Positions 54,965-63,510 of a DNA stretch of 64,000 nt are shown piece by piece. Below the pieces are notes generated by a model. The model was not told where the DNA came from, searched no databases, and saw nothing but the letters and a program-made list of their open reading frames with translations. A program made the position numbers and the translations under genes. Within the stretch, counting starts at the first letter, position 1. Every line of letters begins with the position of its first letter. This DNA comes from an uncultured Desulfobacteraceae bacterium. Its GTDB lineage: Bacteria > Desulfobacterota > Desulfobacteria > Desulfobacterales > UBA2156. The stretch spans positions 33 to 64,032 of the forward strand of contig CAZQUR010000004.1 of NCBI GenBank assembly GCA_964596535.1. Direction: 5' to 3'.

Positions 54965-55886
54965 TGCCCGCACCCGTTCCGCCCGTCGATTGAAACGCTG
55001 GACATCCCGGAGCATTGGTTCACGGTTTCAGCATCGGATCTTTTACGCCCTGATTCGGGCGGGGGGCATCCATCTGGCCTACCCCCTCCTTTACGCCGTC
55101 GTCTTTTATTATATGACGTGCAGGCCGTCGATCCGGCAAAAGACGGCCTTTTACCTGGAAAAACGCTTTCCGCAAAAAAGCGCGGCAGAACGCTTTGCGG
55201 ACAGCTGTCGGATCAGCATAACTCTGGGAAAGGTCCTCATCGAACGGGCCAAAGCCGGTATCCGGGGGCCGGAGACCCTTACGCTTTCTTTTCCCGCCAA
55301 AGCGCGCCTCTTCCGCCTCCTGGAAGAAAACCGGGGACTCATCCTGATGAACGCCCACGTGGGGGGGTGGCAGGTGATTCTGCCGGCGTTGCCCTCTCTG
55401 GGACGCCCCGTGAAAATGCTCATCGAACGGGATGCACAGGATGTGGATCTGCATTATTACGAACACGCCCGTCGCCCCCGGCCGTTCACCGCCATCGACC
55501 CCAGAGGATTCCTGGGGGGGAGTCTCGAAATGATAGGCGCCCTGGAACGGGGGGAAATCCTGTGCGTGATGGGGGACCGGGTATTCGGCAGCGATAAAAA
55601 CGTCGTCCATGTCCCCTTTTTAGGCAAAAGGGCGGTTTTCCCCTTCAGTGCCTTTAAAATCGCGTCCGTTTCGGGTGCCCCCGTCGCGGTCTTTTTTTCC
55701 CACAGGATCGGGCGGGACCGCTACGGCATCGAGATCCCGGACGTGATCCGGGTCCCCGCCGGCCTCGGGCGATCCCCCCATGCCTTTGAGCCGTATGTTC
55801 ATCGTTTCGTGGCCGCCCTGGGCGCCTATACCCGGGAGCATCCCTATCAATTTTTCAACTTCTATGATATGTGGGCGAAATCTTAG
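54954..55886 (+). CDS. LpxL/HtrB-like lipid acyltransferase (LPLAT superfamily)
   Basis: N-terminal TM, then MNAHVGGWQV (H-x4-type acyltransferase motif). 310 aa. Confidence 0.7.
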   Translation: MKNDARTRSARRLKRWTSRSIGSRFQHRIFYALIRAGGIHLAYPLLYAVVFYYMTCRPSIRQKTAFYLEKRFPQKSAAERFADSCRISITLGKVLIERAKAGIRGPETLTLSFPAKARLFRLLEENRGLILMNAHVGGWQVILPALPSLGRPVKMLIERDAQDVDLHYYEHARRPRPFTAIDPRGFLGGSLEMIGALERGEILCVMGDRVFGSDKNVVHVPFLGKRAVFPFSAFKIASVSGAPVAVFFSHRIGRDRYGIEIPDVIRVPAGLGRSPHAFEPYVHRFVAALGAYTREHPYQFFNFYDMWAKS

Positions 55887-55905
55887 AACCTTGCATCCGA
55901 TACCC

Positions 55906-56160
55906 ATGGATATCAAAACCAAACTCAAAACCATCATCGTTGAAGAATTGAATTTCGAGGACTTGACACCCGCCGAGATTCCCAACGACATCCCCCTTTT
56001 CGGTGACGGTCTGGGGCTCGATTCCCTCGATGCCGTGGAACTTGTGGTGCAGATCCAAAAGTACTTCGGCGTGCAAATCAAAAACATGGAGGAAGGCCGC
56101 ACAGCCTTTCAGTCCGTCAACGCCCTTGCGGCATTCATCGCGGAGCGACTCCCGGAATGA
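55906..56160 (+). CDS. acyl carrier protein (ACP 2)
   Basis: ATG 55906. Phosphopantetheine site GLGLDSLDAVELV. 84 aa. Confidence 0.85.
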   Translation: MDIKTKLKTIIVEELNFEDLTPAEIPNDIPLFGDGLGLDSLDAVELVVQIQKYFGVQIKNMEEGRTAFQSVNALAAFIAERLPE

Positions 56161-57359
56161 ATGCCCCGGTGCCTGTGGCCGTTACCGGTATGGGGTGTAT
56201 CTGCGCCGCGGGAAAAGATTTTCCCGCCTGCGTGCAAACCCTTTTCTCCAAAGATCCGGATCCGAAACCACCGTCCCGCTTCACCGCCCGGCACCCGGAA
56301 ACCCATCCGGTTTTCGAGATCGAGGCATCGACCCTCACCGATCTTCACTCCAAGGAAGATCTTTCCGTCACCGCCGCCCTCGCCGTCGCCGCCGCCCGGC
56401 AGGCTCTGGAAGACGCCGGATGGGATCCGGAAGCCTTGAGCCGGGTGCGCACAGGGGTGTGCATGGGCACCACCGTGGGATGCACCCTGAACGACGAGGC
56501 GTTTTACCGCACCTATCGCTCCGGGACGCTGCCGGACCTGTTTCCCGTCCGGCGCTTCCTTTCGAGCAACCCGGCGGAAGCCGTCGCAAGAACCTTCGAT
56601 CTTTCCGGACCCTGCCTCACCCTTTCCAATGCCTGCTGCTCCGGCGCGGATGCCATCGGCATCGCCATGTCATGGATCCGCCGGGGGATTTGCGACGTGG
56701 CGATTGCCGGAGGCGCCGACGAATTGTCCCGAGTGACCTACAACGGGTTCATCGCGCTGATGATTACCGATACCCGTCCCTGCCGGCCGTTTGACCGGGA
56801 TCGAAACGGATTGAACCTGGGGGAAGGCGCCGCCGTGATGATCCTGGAACCGGAAGCCTCCCGGCGGGTTCGGAAACGGGCGCCCCGGGCCTTTGTCCTG
56901 GGGTATGGATCGGCCGCCGACGGGTACCATCTGACGGCGCCGGACCCCGACGGCGCCGGACTCCGGCGCGCCGCGGGCCATGCCTTGTCCGCGGATGGAA
57001 AGACCCTTTCCCGTATCGCTTTCGTGGCGGCCCACGGGACCGGAACAAAAGACAATGACGCCGTCGAAGCCCGCGTCCTCGACGCCCTGCTCCCGGGAAT
57101 CCCCTTCTTTTCCACCAAGGGGCACACCGGTCACACGCTGGGGGCCGCCGGGGCGATCCAGGCCGTACTGGCGGCCGCCTGCCTCAATAGAAGAACGATT
57201 CCCGGAAGCGCCGGTTTTTCCACCCCCGATCCCCAACTCCCGGCACACCCCACGCGTTATCCCCGGACGATCCGCGGCGATCTGGCCCTTTCCGAGTCCC
57301 TCGGATTCGGGGGCGCCAACGCGGTGTTGCTCCTGGAACGCGGAGAGGATTCCTCTTGA
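56157..57359 (+). CDS. beta-ketoacyl-ACP synthase (KS 4)
   Basis: ATGA overlap. Motifs LSNACCSGADAIG, AAHGTGTKDND, GHTGHTLGAAG. Confidence 0.9.
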   Translation: MNAPVPVAVTGMGCICAAGKDFPACVQTLFSKDPDPKPPSRFTARHPETHPVFEIEASTLTDLHSKEDLSVTAALAVAAARQALEDAGWDPEALSRVRTGVCMGTTVGCTLNDEAFYRTYRSGTLPDLFPVRRFLSSNPAEAVARTFDLSGPCLTLSNACCSGADAIGIAMSWIRRGICDVAIAGGADELSRVTYNGFIALMITDTRPCRPFDRDRNGLNLGEGAAVMILEPEASRRVRKRAPRAFVLGYGSAADGYHLTAPDPDGAGLRRAAGHALSADGKTLSRIAFVAAHGTGTKDNDAVEARVLDALLPGIPFFSTKGHTGHTLGAAGAIQAVLAAACLNRRTIPGSAGFSTPDPQLPAHPTRYPRTIRGDLALSESLGFGGANAVLLLERGEDSS

Positions 57360-58468
57360 AAGCCATCATCCGGGGAATCGGTGTTGTGGGGGGATTCGGC
57401 ACCGGGATTTCGACCCTGGAAAAGATCCTTGTGGATCATGGACCCTACATCGAATCCTTTGCCGTTCCGGACTGTCAGCCTTTGGGCGGAGAACCTTACG
57501 TCCCCGTCAATACCCGGAATTTGAAAGAACGGTTGCCCGCGCGATCCCTCAGGCGAATGGATCATCTTTCCCGGATGGCCCTTCTTGCCGCCGCCCTGGC
57601 CCTGGAAGACGCGGCGGATCCCGGGGAAAACGCCGACACCGGTGTCGTGGTGGCCAGCGGATACGGCGCCGTCCGTACCACATTTGCATTTTTGGATACG
57701 GTCCTGGAAGCAGGGGATGCCGGTGCCTCTCCCACCCTTTTTTCCAACTCGGTGCTCAACGCCCCCGCCGCGTACATCTCCATGCATCTGGGGGCGAGGG
57801 GCCCCAATCTCACGGTGAGCCGATTTGAAATGTCCTTTTCGGATGCCCTTTCCATTGCCGTGCAATGGCTGGAAGAAGGGCGCGCCCCTTCGGTCCTGGT
57901 GGGAGGGGTGGATGAATGGTGTCCGGTTTTGGGCCACTGCCATCATCGTTTTTCTAAATCCCGGGACGCGGCGGCCTTTTTGAGCCCTTTCGGCGCCGGC
58001 CGGGAGCGTGTCCGGATCGCCGAAGGGTCGGTTTTTTTCCTGTTGTCCCCGGAAAAGGAACCCGCATCGGGATACGGTGTCGTGGAATCCGTTGAAAGCG
58101 GACGTTTGCCCCGGGACACACCGACCTTCCCGAAAAACGCCGTGATTCTCACCGGGATCGACAGCCACCGGGATTCGGCCCGGCAGCCCCTTCCCGAGGA
58201 TCGCAGGGTCGTGGACTACACCGGCTATTACGGGACATTGCCTGTGGGGACGGGATTTGATATGGCCATTGCAAGCGTGATCGTGCGGCGGGGACGCCTC
58301 TTTTCTGCACCGGATTCCACCGGAAGCGAAACGGTCGTCGATGGGTTCCAAACCGAAAAAACGCCGAAAATCCGAAGGGCGTGCTGCTTGAACATCACCC
58401 CCTCCGGCGCCTACGGCCTCATCACCCTCGCCTCAGGCCCGGATTTTTCGGAAAACAGCAAATTTTAA
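57356..58468 (+). CDS. KS-related protein with active-site Cys replaced (chain-length-factor-like 2)
   Basis: Overlaps the KS 4 stop. TVSRFEMSFSDALSIA stands where a KS has xxAC(S/A)S. Confidence 0.7.
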   Translation: MKAIIRGIGVVGGFGTGISTLEKILVDHGPYIESFAVPDCQPLGGEPYVPVNTRNLKERLPARSLRRMDHLSRMALLAAALALEDAADPGENADTGVVVASGYGAVRTTFAFLDTVLEAGDAGASPTLFSNSVLNAPAAYISMHLGARGPNLTVSRFEMSFSDALSIAVQWLEEGRAPSVLVGGVDEWCPVLGHCHHRFSKSRDAAAFLSPFGAGRERVRIAEGSVFFLLSPEKEPASGYGVVESVESGRLPRDTPTFPKNAVILTGIDSHRDSARQPLPEDRRVVDYTGYYGTLPVGTGFDMAIASVIVRRGRLFSAPDSTGSETVVDGFQTEKTPKIRRACCLNITPSGAYGLITLASGPDFSENSKF

Positions 58469-58505
58469 GGATCACCTTTTAAGCAGGAAACGTTAGGATC
58501 AAAAT

Positions 58506-59282
58506 ATGGGTTTCAGCATCAGCGGTTACGTGGGCAGGCAGACGCTTCGCTCCGGAAATCACCTGCTCGAACTGGCGGCGTTCGGATACCGCATCGCCGG
58601 TGGTTTTTTCAGGCAAAGGCCCGGAGACAAAAAGGCGTTCCGGCGATGCCTCCTCGAAGAAGTCTTTTTTTCCTGTATTGAAGCCTTGAGAATCGTAGTC
58701 CCGGCCGCCCTTCTGATCGGCGCCGCCTTGATGCTTTATCTGAGTCGGGTATCGGAACAGTTTTTCCTGGGAAAAGCGATCCTCTTTGTGATCGTCCGGG
58801 AGGTCGGTCCCGCCCTCACCGCCCTGTTGGTCATCCTCCGCTCTTCCCCGACGCTGACCGGCGAAATCCTTTGCATGCGCGTCTGCGAGGCGGGCGGCAA
58901 TCCCTCCGCTCCGAGCCCAGTCGACTGGCAAACGGTCTGCAGCCCCCGGATTTTCGGCCTGATCCTTTCCCTCCTGTTGCTCTTTATCGTCTTTGACGTG
59001 GTCGCCATTTTCGGAGGATTCGCCGCCGTGTGGATCGGATCCGATATTCTGCTGGGCGACCTTCCGGCCCAAATCGGAAAAGCCCTGGTCCTCACCGATA
59101 TCGCGGTCCCCGCAGCGAAGGCGTTTTTTTTCGGTACGCTCATCGGCGTGACCAGCCTGTTCTACGGGTTCAAACGCCAGCCCGAAATGTTCGCCGTTCC
59201 CCGTGCCGCCTCCCGGGCAGCCATGGAAAGTTTCTTCTACTGCCTGGTGGCCAACATCGGCATCTCGGCAGCCTTTTATTGA
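58506..59282 (+). CDS. mlaE: MlaE-family ABC transporter permease
   Basis: Motif REVGPALTALLVILRSSPTLTGEI matches the MlaE/YrbE signature region. ~5 TM segments. Confidence 0.75.
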   Translation: MGFSISGYVGRQTLRSGNHLLELAAFGYRIAGGFFRQRPGDKKAFRRCLLEEVFFSCIEALRIVVPAALLIGAALMLYLSRVSEQFFLGKAILFVIVREVGPALTALLVILRSSPTLTGEILCMRVCEAGGNPSAPSPVDWQTVCSPRIFGLILSLLLLFIVFDVVAIFGGFAAVWIGSDILLGDLPAQIGKALVLTDIAVPAAKAFFFGTLIGVTSLFYGFKRQPEMFAVPRAASRAAMESFFYCLVANIGISAAFY

Positions 59283-59308
59283 TTCGCTTTTAAGGGCAAC
59301 GGAGAGTT

Positions 59309-60349
59309 ATGGAGCCTGAATTCACCGATAAAGAAAAGGCCGCCGGCGCCTTCATCGTCCTGGTGTGTATCGTCCTGATCGCCCTCGTGGCCGTCATCGG
59401 AAAAGGCAAGCACTGGTTCAAGCGCTCGGTGATTTACCACACCACCTTCAATGAAGGATACAACCTGAAGGTGGGGGCACCGGTAAAACTCCTCAAGGCC
59501 GACATCGGAAAAGTGGAAGAGATCGCACCAGTGGAAAACCAGGTGAAGGTCACCCTTGCCGTGCTGGAGGATTTTGTTCCACGGATCCGGCAGGATGTGA
59601 CGGTCACGGTGGAAAGTCCCACCCTCATCGGGTCCGAATACGTCTCCATCCAGCCCGGGACTCCGGGTGCCCCCGTTCTTCCCGAAGGAAGCCTTCTCCC
59701 CTCAAAAGAAAAAAAGTCGATATCGGACATTTTGGAAGAATTTCAAGTGGAAAAAACCGTCAAACAATTCATCCGGGCGGTTCAGGATCTTTCCGGCGCC
59801 GCGGAACTGCTCCGGGATCCTGAGGGACCCCTTTTTTCCGCCCTGGAGAATCTGAACCGAACCACCGGCCACCTGGAGCGGATCGTCGCCGATCTGGACG
59901 CCGGGAAAGGAACCGTCGGCAGGCTCCTGAGGTCCGACGCCCTGTATGACGCCATGACCGCGAACATGGAAACGCTTGGGGAAACGCTTGAAAAGATCCG
60001 CCAGGCCTCCGAAGCGGCACCGGATGCCATGGCCCGACTCAAGGACAACCTGTCGACCTTGAAAAGGGTGCAACTGGAACTCTTCGAACGCATTCAAAGC
60101 GTCCGGTCGCTCATGAACGCCGTGCAGGGAAATTTGAAACAGATGAAAACCATCCTTTCCAACCTGGAAAAAGGGAGCCGGGACATCCCGGAAATCACCC
60201 GGACGGCCAAGGATGGCATCCGGGAAATCCGGGAAGGCGTGGAACGCATGGACCGGGTCATCCACTCCATCCAGGAGAATGTCTTGATCCGTTCCAACCT
60301 CCCGCCGCCGGTGGAAGGCAAGAGCCTTGACGCGGATCTGAGACAATGA
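59309..60349 (+). CDS. mlaD: MlaD/MCE-domain protein with long C-terminal coiled-coil-like extension
   Basis: N-terminal TM AAGAFIVLVCIVLIALVAVIG. MCE domain GYNLKVGAPVKLLKADIGKVEEI...TLIGSEYVSIQPG. Confidence 0.8.
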   Translation: MEPEFTDKEKAAGAFIVLVCIVLIALVAVIGKGKHWFKRSVIYHTTFNEGYNLKVGAPVKLLKADIGKVEEIAPVENQVKVTLAVLEDFVPRIRQDVTVTVESPTLIGSEYVSIQPGTPGAPVLPEGSLLPSKEKKSISDILEEFQVEKTVKQFIRAVQDLSGAAELLRDPEGPLFSALENLNRTTGHLERIVADLDAGKGTVGRLLRSDALYDAMTANMETLGETLEKIRQASEAAPDAMARLKDNLSTLKRVQLELFERIQSVRSLMNAVQGNLKQMKTILSNLEKGSRDIPEITRTAKDGIREIREGVERMDRVIHSIQENVLIRSNLPPPVEGKSLDADLRQ

Positions 60350-60386
60350 GATATGTGCCCGTAATCAATATAAGGAGGAATGCATT

Positions 60387-61175
60387 ATGGATTGGGGAAT
60401 GAAAAACCGGCTGTCCCGGCTCATCCGGGAAGACGGCCGCTGCATGTTTTTACCCATCGACCACGGTTACTTTCAAGGGCCCACCCGGAAGCTGGAACGG
60501 CCCGGAGAAACCATCGCCCCGCTGATCCCTTACGCGGACGGCCTCTTCGTGACCCGGGGGGTGCTCCGGGCCTGCGTGGATCCGGACAACGCCCCCCCCG
60601 TGATCCTTCGGGTCTCCGGTGGCACCAGCATCATCGGGAAGGATCTTTCCCATGAATCGTTGGTGACCTCCATCGAGGACGCCATCCGGCTCAATGTGTC
60701 GGCCGTGGGAATGTCCATCTTCGTGGGGAGCGACTACGAGTACGACTCCCTGGTCAACCTGGGCACCCTCGTGGACGATTGCGAAACCTACGGCATTCCC
60801 GTCATGGCCGTCACCGCCGTGGGGAAGGAACTCGAAAAACGCGATGCCCGGTATCTGTCCCTGTGCTGCCGCATCGCTGCGGAGTTCGGCGCCAAAGTGG
60901 TCAAGACCTACTGGTGTGAAAACTTCGAAAAGGTCACCCAGGGATGCCCGGTACCCGTGGTCATGGCCGGCGGGCCCAAATGCGAAACTGAACAGGAGGT
61001 CTTTTCCTTCGTCCACGACGGGATGGAAAAGGGCGCCATCGGTGTGAACCTGGGCCGCAATATTTGGCAGCATGCCCACCCCGTGGCCATAATGAAAGCC
61101 CTGCGGGCCATCATCCATGAAAAAGCCTCGGTGAAAGACGCCCAGGAAATCTATGATCAGGAAAAAGAGGCCTGA
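60387..61175 (+). CDS. class I aldolase of the DhnA/FbaB/LsrF family
   Basis: ATG after AGGAGG. Motifs CMFLPIDHGYFQGP, GAKVVKTYW (Schiff-base Lys region), VVMAGGPK. Confidence 0.8.
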   Translation: MDWGMKNRLSRLIREDGRCMFLPIDHGYFQGPTRKLERPGETIAPLIPYADGLFVTRGVLRACVDPDNAPPVILRVSGGTSIIGKDLSHESLVTSIEDAIRLNVSAVGMSIFVGSDYEYDSLVNLGTLVDDCETYGIPVMAVTAVGKELEKRDARYLSLCCRIAAEFGAKVVKTYWCENFEKVTQGCPVPVVMAGGPKCETEQEVFSFVHDGMEKGAIGVNLGRNIWQHAHPVAIMKALRAIIHEKASVKDAQEIYDQEKEA

Positions 61176-61181
61176 TCGGGT

Positions 61182-63290
61182 ATGCCCGCCCGTTTCGAAG
61201 AAACCGAAGTCCGCAAGCTTGCGAAAAGAATCACCGGCCACCCGGAGGTCCTCGCCGCCCTGATTCACGCCTCCCGTCTGATCGGATGCGATCCCGGACT
61301 CGTCCTTCACGGCGGAGGAAACACGTCGGCCAAGGTGACGACGACCGATATTTTCGGAGAAACGGAAAACCGCCTCTATGTCAAGGGCAGCGGGATTCAC
61401 ATGGCCGACATCGGACCGGAAGGCTTTTCCGTCCTCCGGCTGGATCCCATCCGGCGGCTGAAGGCGATTCCGGATCTTTCCGACGACGCCCTCGAAAATT
61501 ACCTTTTTTCCCAGCGTGTCGTCGCCGGATGCCCCGGCCCTTCCGTGGAGATGTTACTGCATGCCTTTTTGCCGCATCGGTATGTCTTCCACTGCCATGC
61601 CGATGCGGTGTTGATCCTCGCGCACCAAAAAGAGGCAAAAAGGCTGATCCGCAACGTACTGGGAGAAAAGGCGGCGGTGCTGCCCTACCGGCATCCCGGC
61701 TATCCGCTGGCCCGGGCCGTCGCCGCGGCCCATGAGAAGGCGCCCGCCGTCGACACCCTGGTGGTGCTGGATCACGGCATCTTCACTTTCGGCGACGACG
61801 CCGGACAGGCCTACGCGCGGATGCGCACCTGCGTGAATCAAGCCGAAGCCTTGATCCAAAAGGCCTTGAAACGCGCCCTCCCAACATCGGCGGCGCGTTC
61901 GAGAAAGCGACGCACGCCCCAAATTTCCGATACCGCCCGGGTAGCCCAGGTCATCCGGGGGGTGTGCGCCCGCCGCACCCCTGACGGTTCCACATTGCGA
62001 CGCCTGGTGGTCTTACGGCAGGGTCTGTCGATTATGGACGCCTCCCTTTCCCGGGAGGCAAAAAAAATATGTGAAAGCGGGGTCCTGACGCCGGATCATG
62101 CCATCCGCACACGAAACCGGATGGTATATCTCGATGCGGTACCGGAAGAAGACGAGGCCCTGAAAAAGGCCGTGAAAAAGGCCGTGCATCAATTCCGCGC
62201 CGTCTATATGCGCTATCTTTATGGAAAAGGACTTTCGGGCCCGGAAGAAACGCCCCCGGAAAAAGCGGATCCGGTTCTCTTCCTGGTGGCCGGTCTCGGC
62301 CTTTTCGCCGCCGGCGAAACCCCTGCGTCGGCCGACATCGCCGCCGACATCGGCGAGCGCACCGTGATTGCCAAGCGCCGCGCCATGGCCATGGGCGCGT
62401 ACCGCCCCATCTCCCCCGCCCACGTGCGGGACATGGAACGATGGCCCTTGCAGGCGAAAAAAATAAAACCCCCGGCGACGGCGGCGTTGGCCGGGCAGGT
62501 GGCCCTGGTCACCGGCGGGGGCGGCGCCATCGGGCACGGCATCGCCCGGTGCCTCCTTTCGGCCGGTGCAGCGGTGGTCCTCGCGGACAAAGACATTCCC
62601 CGGCTGGAACGCGGCAAGGATCTATTGACCCGGGAATTCGGCCCCGAACGCCTTGACTCGATGACCTTCGATGTCACCGATTTCAAGGCCGTGCAGAAAG
62701 GATTCGATACGATCAGCACCCGGTTCGGCGGCGTCGACCTGGTGGTCCCCAACGCCGGAATCGCCCATGTGGCCAGGATCGAAGACCTGGATCCGGAGGT
62801 CCTCGACCGGACCATCGCCGTCAACTTGAAAGGCACCTTCCACACCATCAAGGCGGCCGTCCCCGTTTTCCGGCGCCAGAATACCGGAGGGAACATCGTG
62901 GTCATCAGTTCGAAGAATGTCTTCGATCCGGGGGCGGCGTTTTCCGCCTACAGCGCCTCCAAGGCGGCCGCCCACCAACTGGCCAAGATCGCCGCCATGG
63001 AGCTTTCCGAACTGGGGGTCCGGGTGAACATGATCAACCCGGATGCCGTTTTCGGGGATCAAAAGACGGCATCCGGGCTGTGGGAGGCGGTGGGGCCGGA
63101 GCGGATGCGCGCCAGGGGATTGAGCCCCGAAGGGCTTAAAACCTACTACCGGCAGCGAAGCCTCCTCAAAACGGAGGTCCTGGCGGAACATGTGGGAAAC
63201 GCCGTGGTCTTTTTCGCCTCCGAAAAAACCCCCACCACCGGCGCCTCACTCCCCGTGGACGGGGGCATCCCGGCGGCCTTCCCCCGGTGA
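61182..63290 (+). CDS. bifunctional class II aldolase/adducin-domain + short-chain dehydrogenase protein
   Basis: 702 aa. N-terminal aldolase_II-like half. C-terminal SDR with ALVTGGGGAIGHGIA, NAGIA, YSASKAAAHQLAK. Confidence 0.8.
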   Translation: MPARFEETEVRKLAKRITGHPEVLAALIHASRLIGCDPGLVLHGGGNTSAKVTTTDIFGETENRLYVKGSGIHMADIGPEGFSVLRLDPIRRLKAIPDLSDDALENYLFSQRVVAGCPGPSVEMLLHAFLPHRYVFHCHADAVLILAHQKEAKRLIRNVLGEKAAVLPYRHPGYPLARAVAAAHEKAPAVDTLVVLDHGIFTFGDDAGQAYARMRTCVNQAEALIQKALKRALPTSAARSRKRRTPQISDTARVAQVIRGVCARRTPDGSTLRRLVVLRQGLSIMDASLSREAKKICESGVLTPDHAIRTRNRMVYLDAVPEEDEALKKAVKKAVHQFRAVYMRYLYGKGLSGPEETPPEKADPVLFLVAGLGLFAAGETPASADIAADIGERTVIAKRRAMAMGAYRPISPAHVRDMERWPLQAKKIKPPATAALAGQVALVTGGGGAIGHGIARCLLSAGAAVVLADKDIPRLERGKDLLTREFGPERLDSMTFDVTDFKAVQKGFDTISTRFGGVDLVVPNAGIAHVARIEDLDPEVLDRTIAVNLKGTFHTIKAAVPVFRRQNTGGNIVVISSKNVFDPGAAFSAYSASKAAAHQLAKIAAMELSELGVRVNMINPDAVFGDQKTASGLWEAVGPERMRARGLSPEGLKTYYRQRSLLKTEVLAEHVGNAVVFFASEKTPTTGASLPVDGGIPAAFPR

Positions 63291-63392
63291 CGGCCTCCGG
63301 GTTCCAGGGACTTTCCGTTGCCTCTGCACCTTCCGGCCCTTTTCGTTTCCGGCGTATTCTAAATATGATGGCTTCGTAAAAAAACCATTTTT

Positions 63393-63413
63393 CCCCTCCC
63401 CTGGCGGGAGGGG
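63393..63413. repeat. G/C-tract hairpin CCCCTCCC-CTGGC-GGGAGGGG (REP-like intergenic element)
   Basis: Exact 8-bp stem, followed by a further GGGGAGGGGG tract (63419-63428). Confidence 0.5.
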
Positions 63414-63472
63414 ATTAAGGGGAGGGGGATACAACCCATAGAAAATACATCCTATTTTAACCCTCACCCCAA

Positions 63473-63494
63473 CCCTCTCCCTCAAGGGAGAGGG
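63473..63494. repeat. G/C-tract hairpin CCCTCTCCC-TCAA-GGGAGAGGG (REP-like intergenic element)
   Basis: Exact 9-bp stem with tetraloop. Ends 16 nt before ATG 63511. Confidence 0.5.
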
Positions 63495-63510
63495 AGATCG
63501 GGAGGAAATC

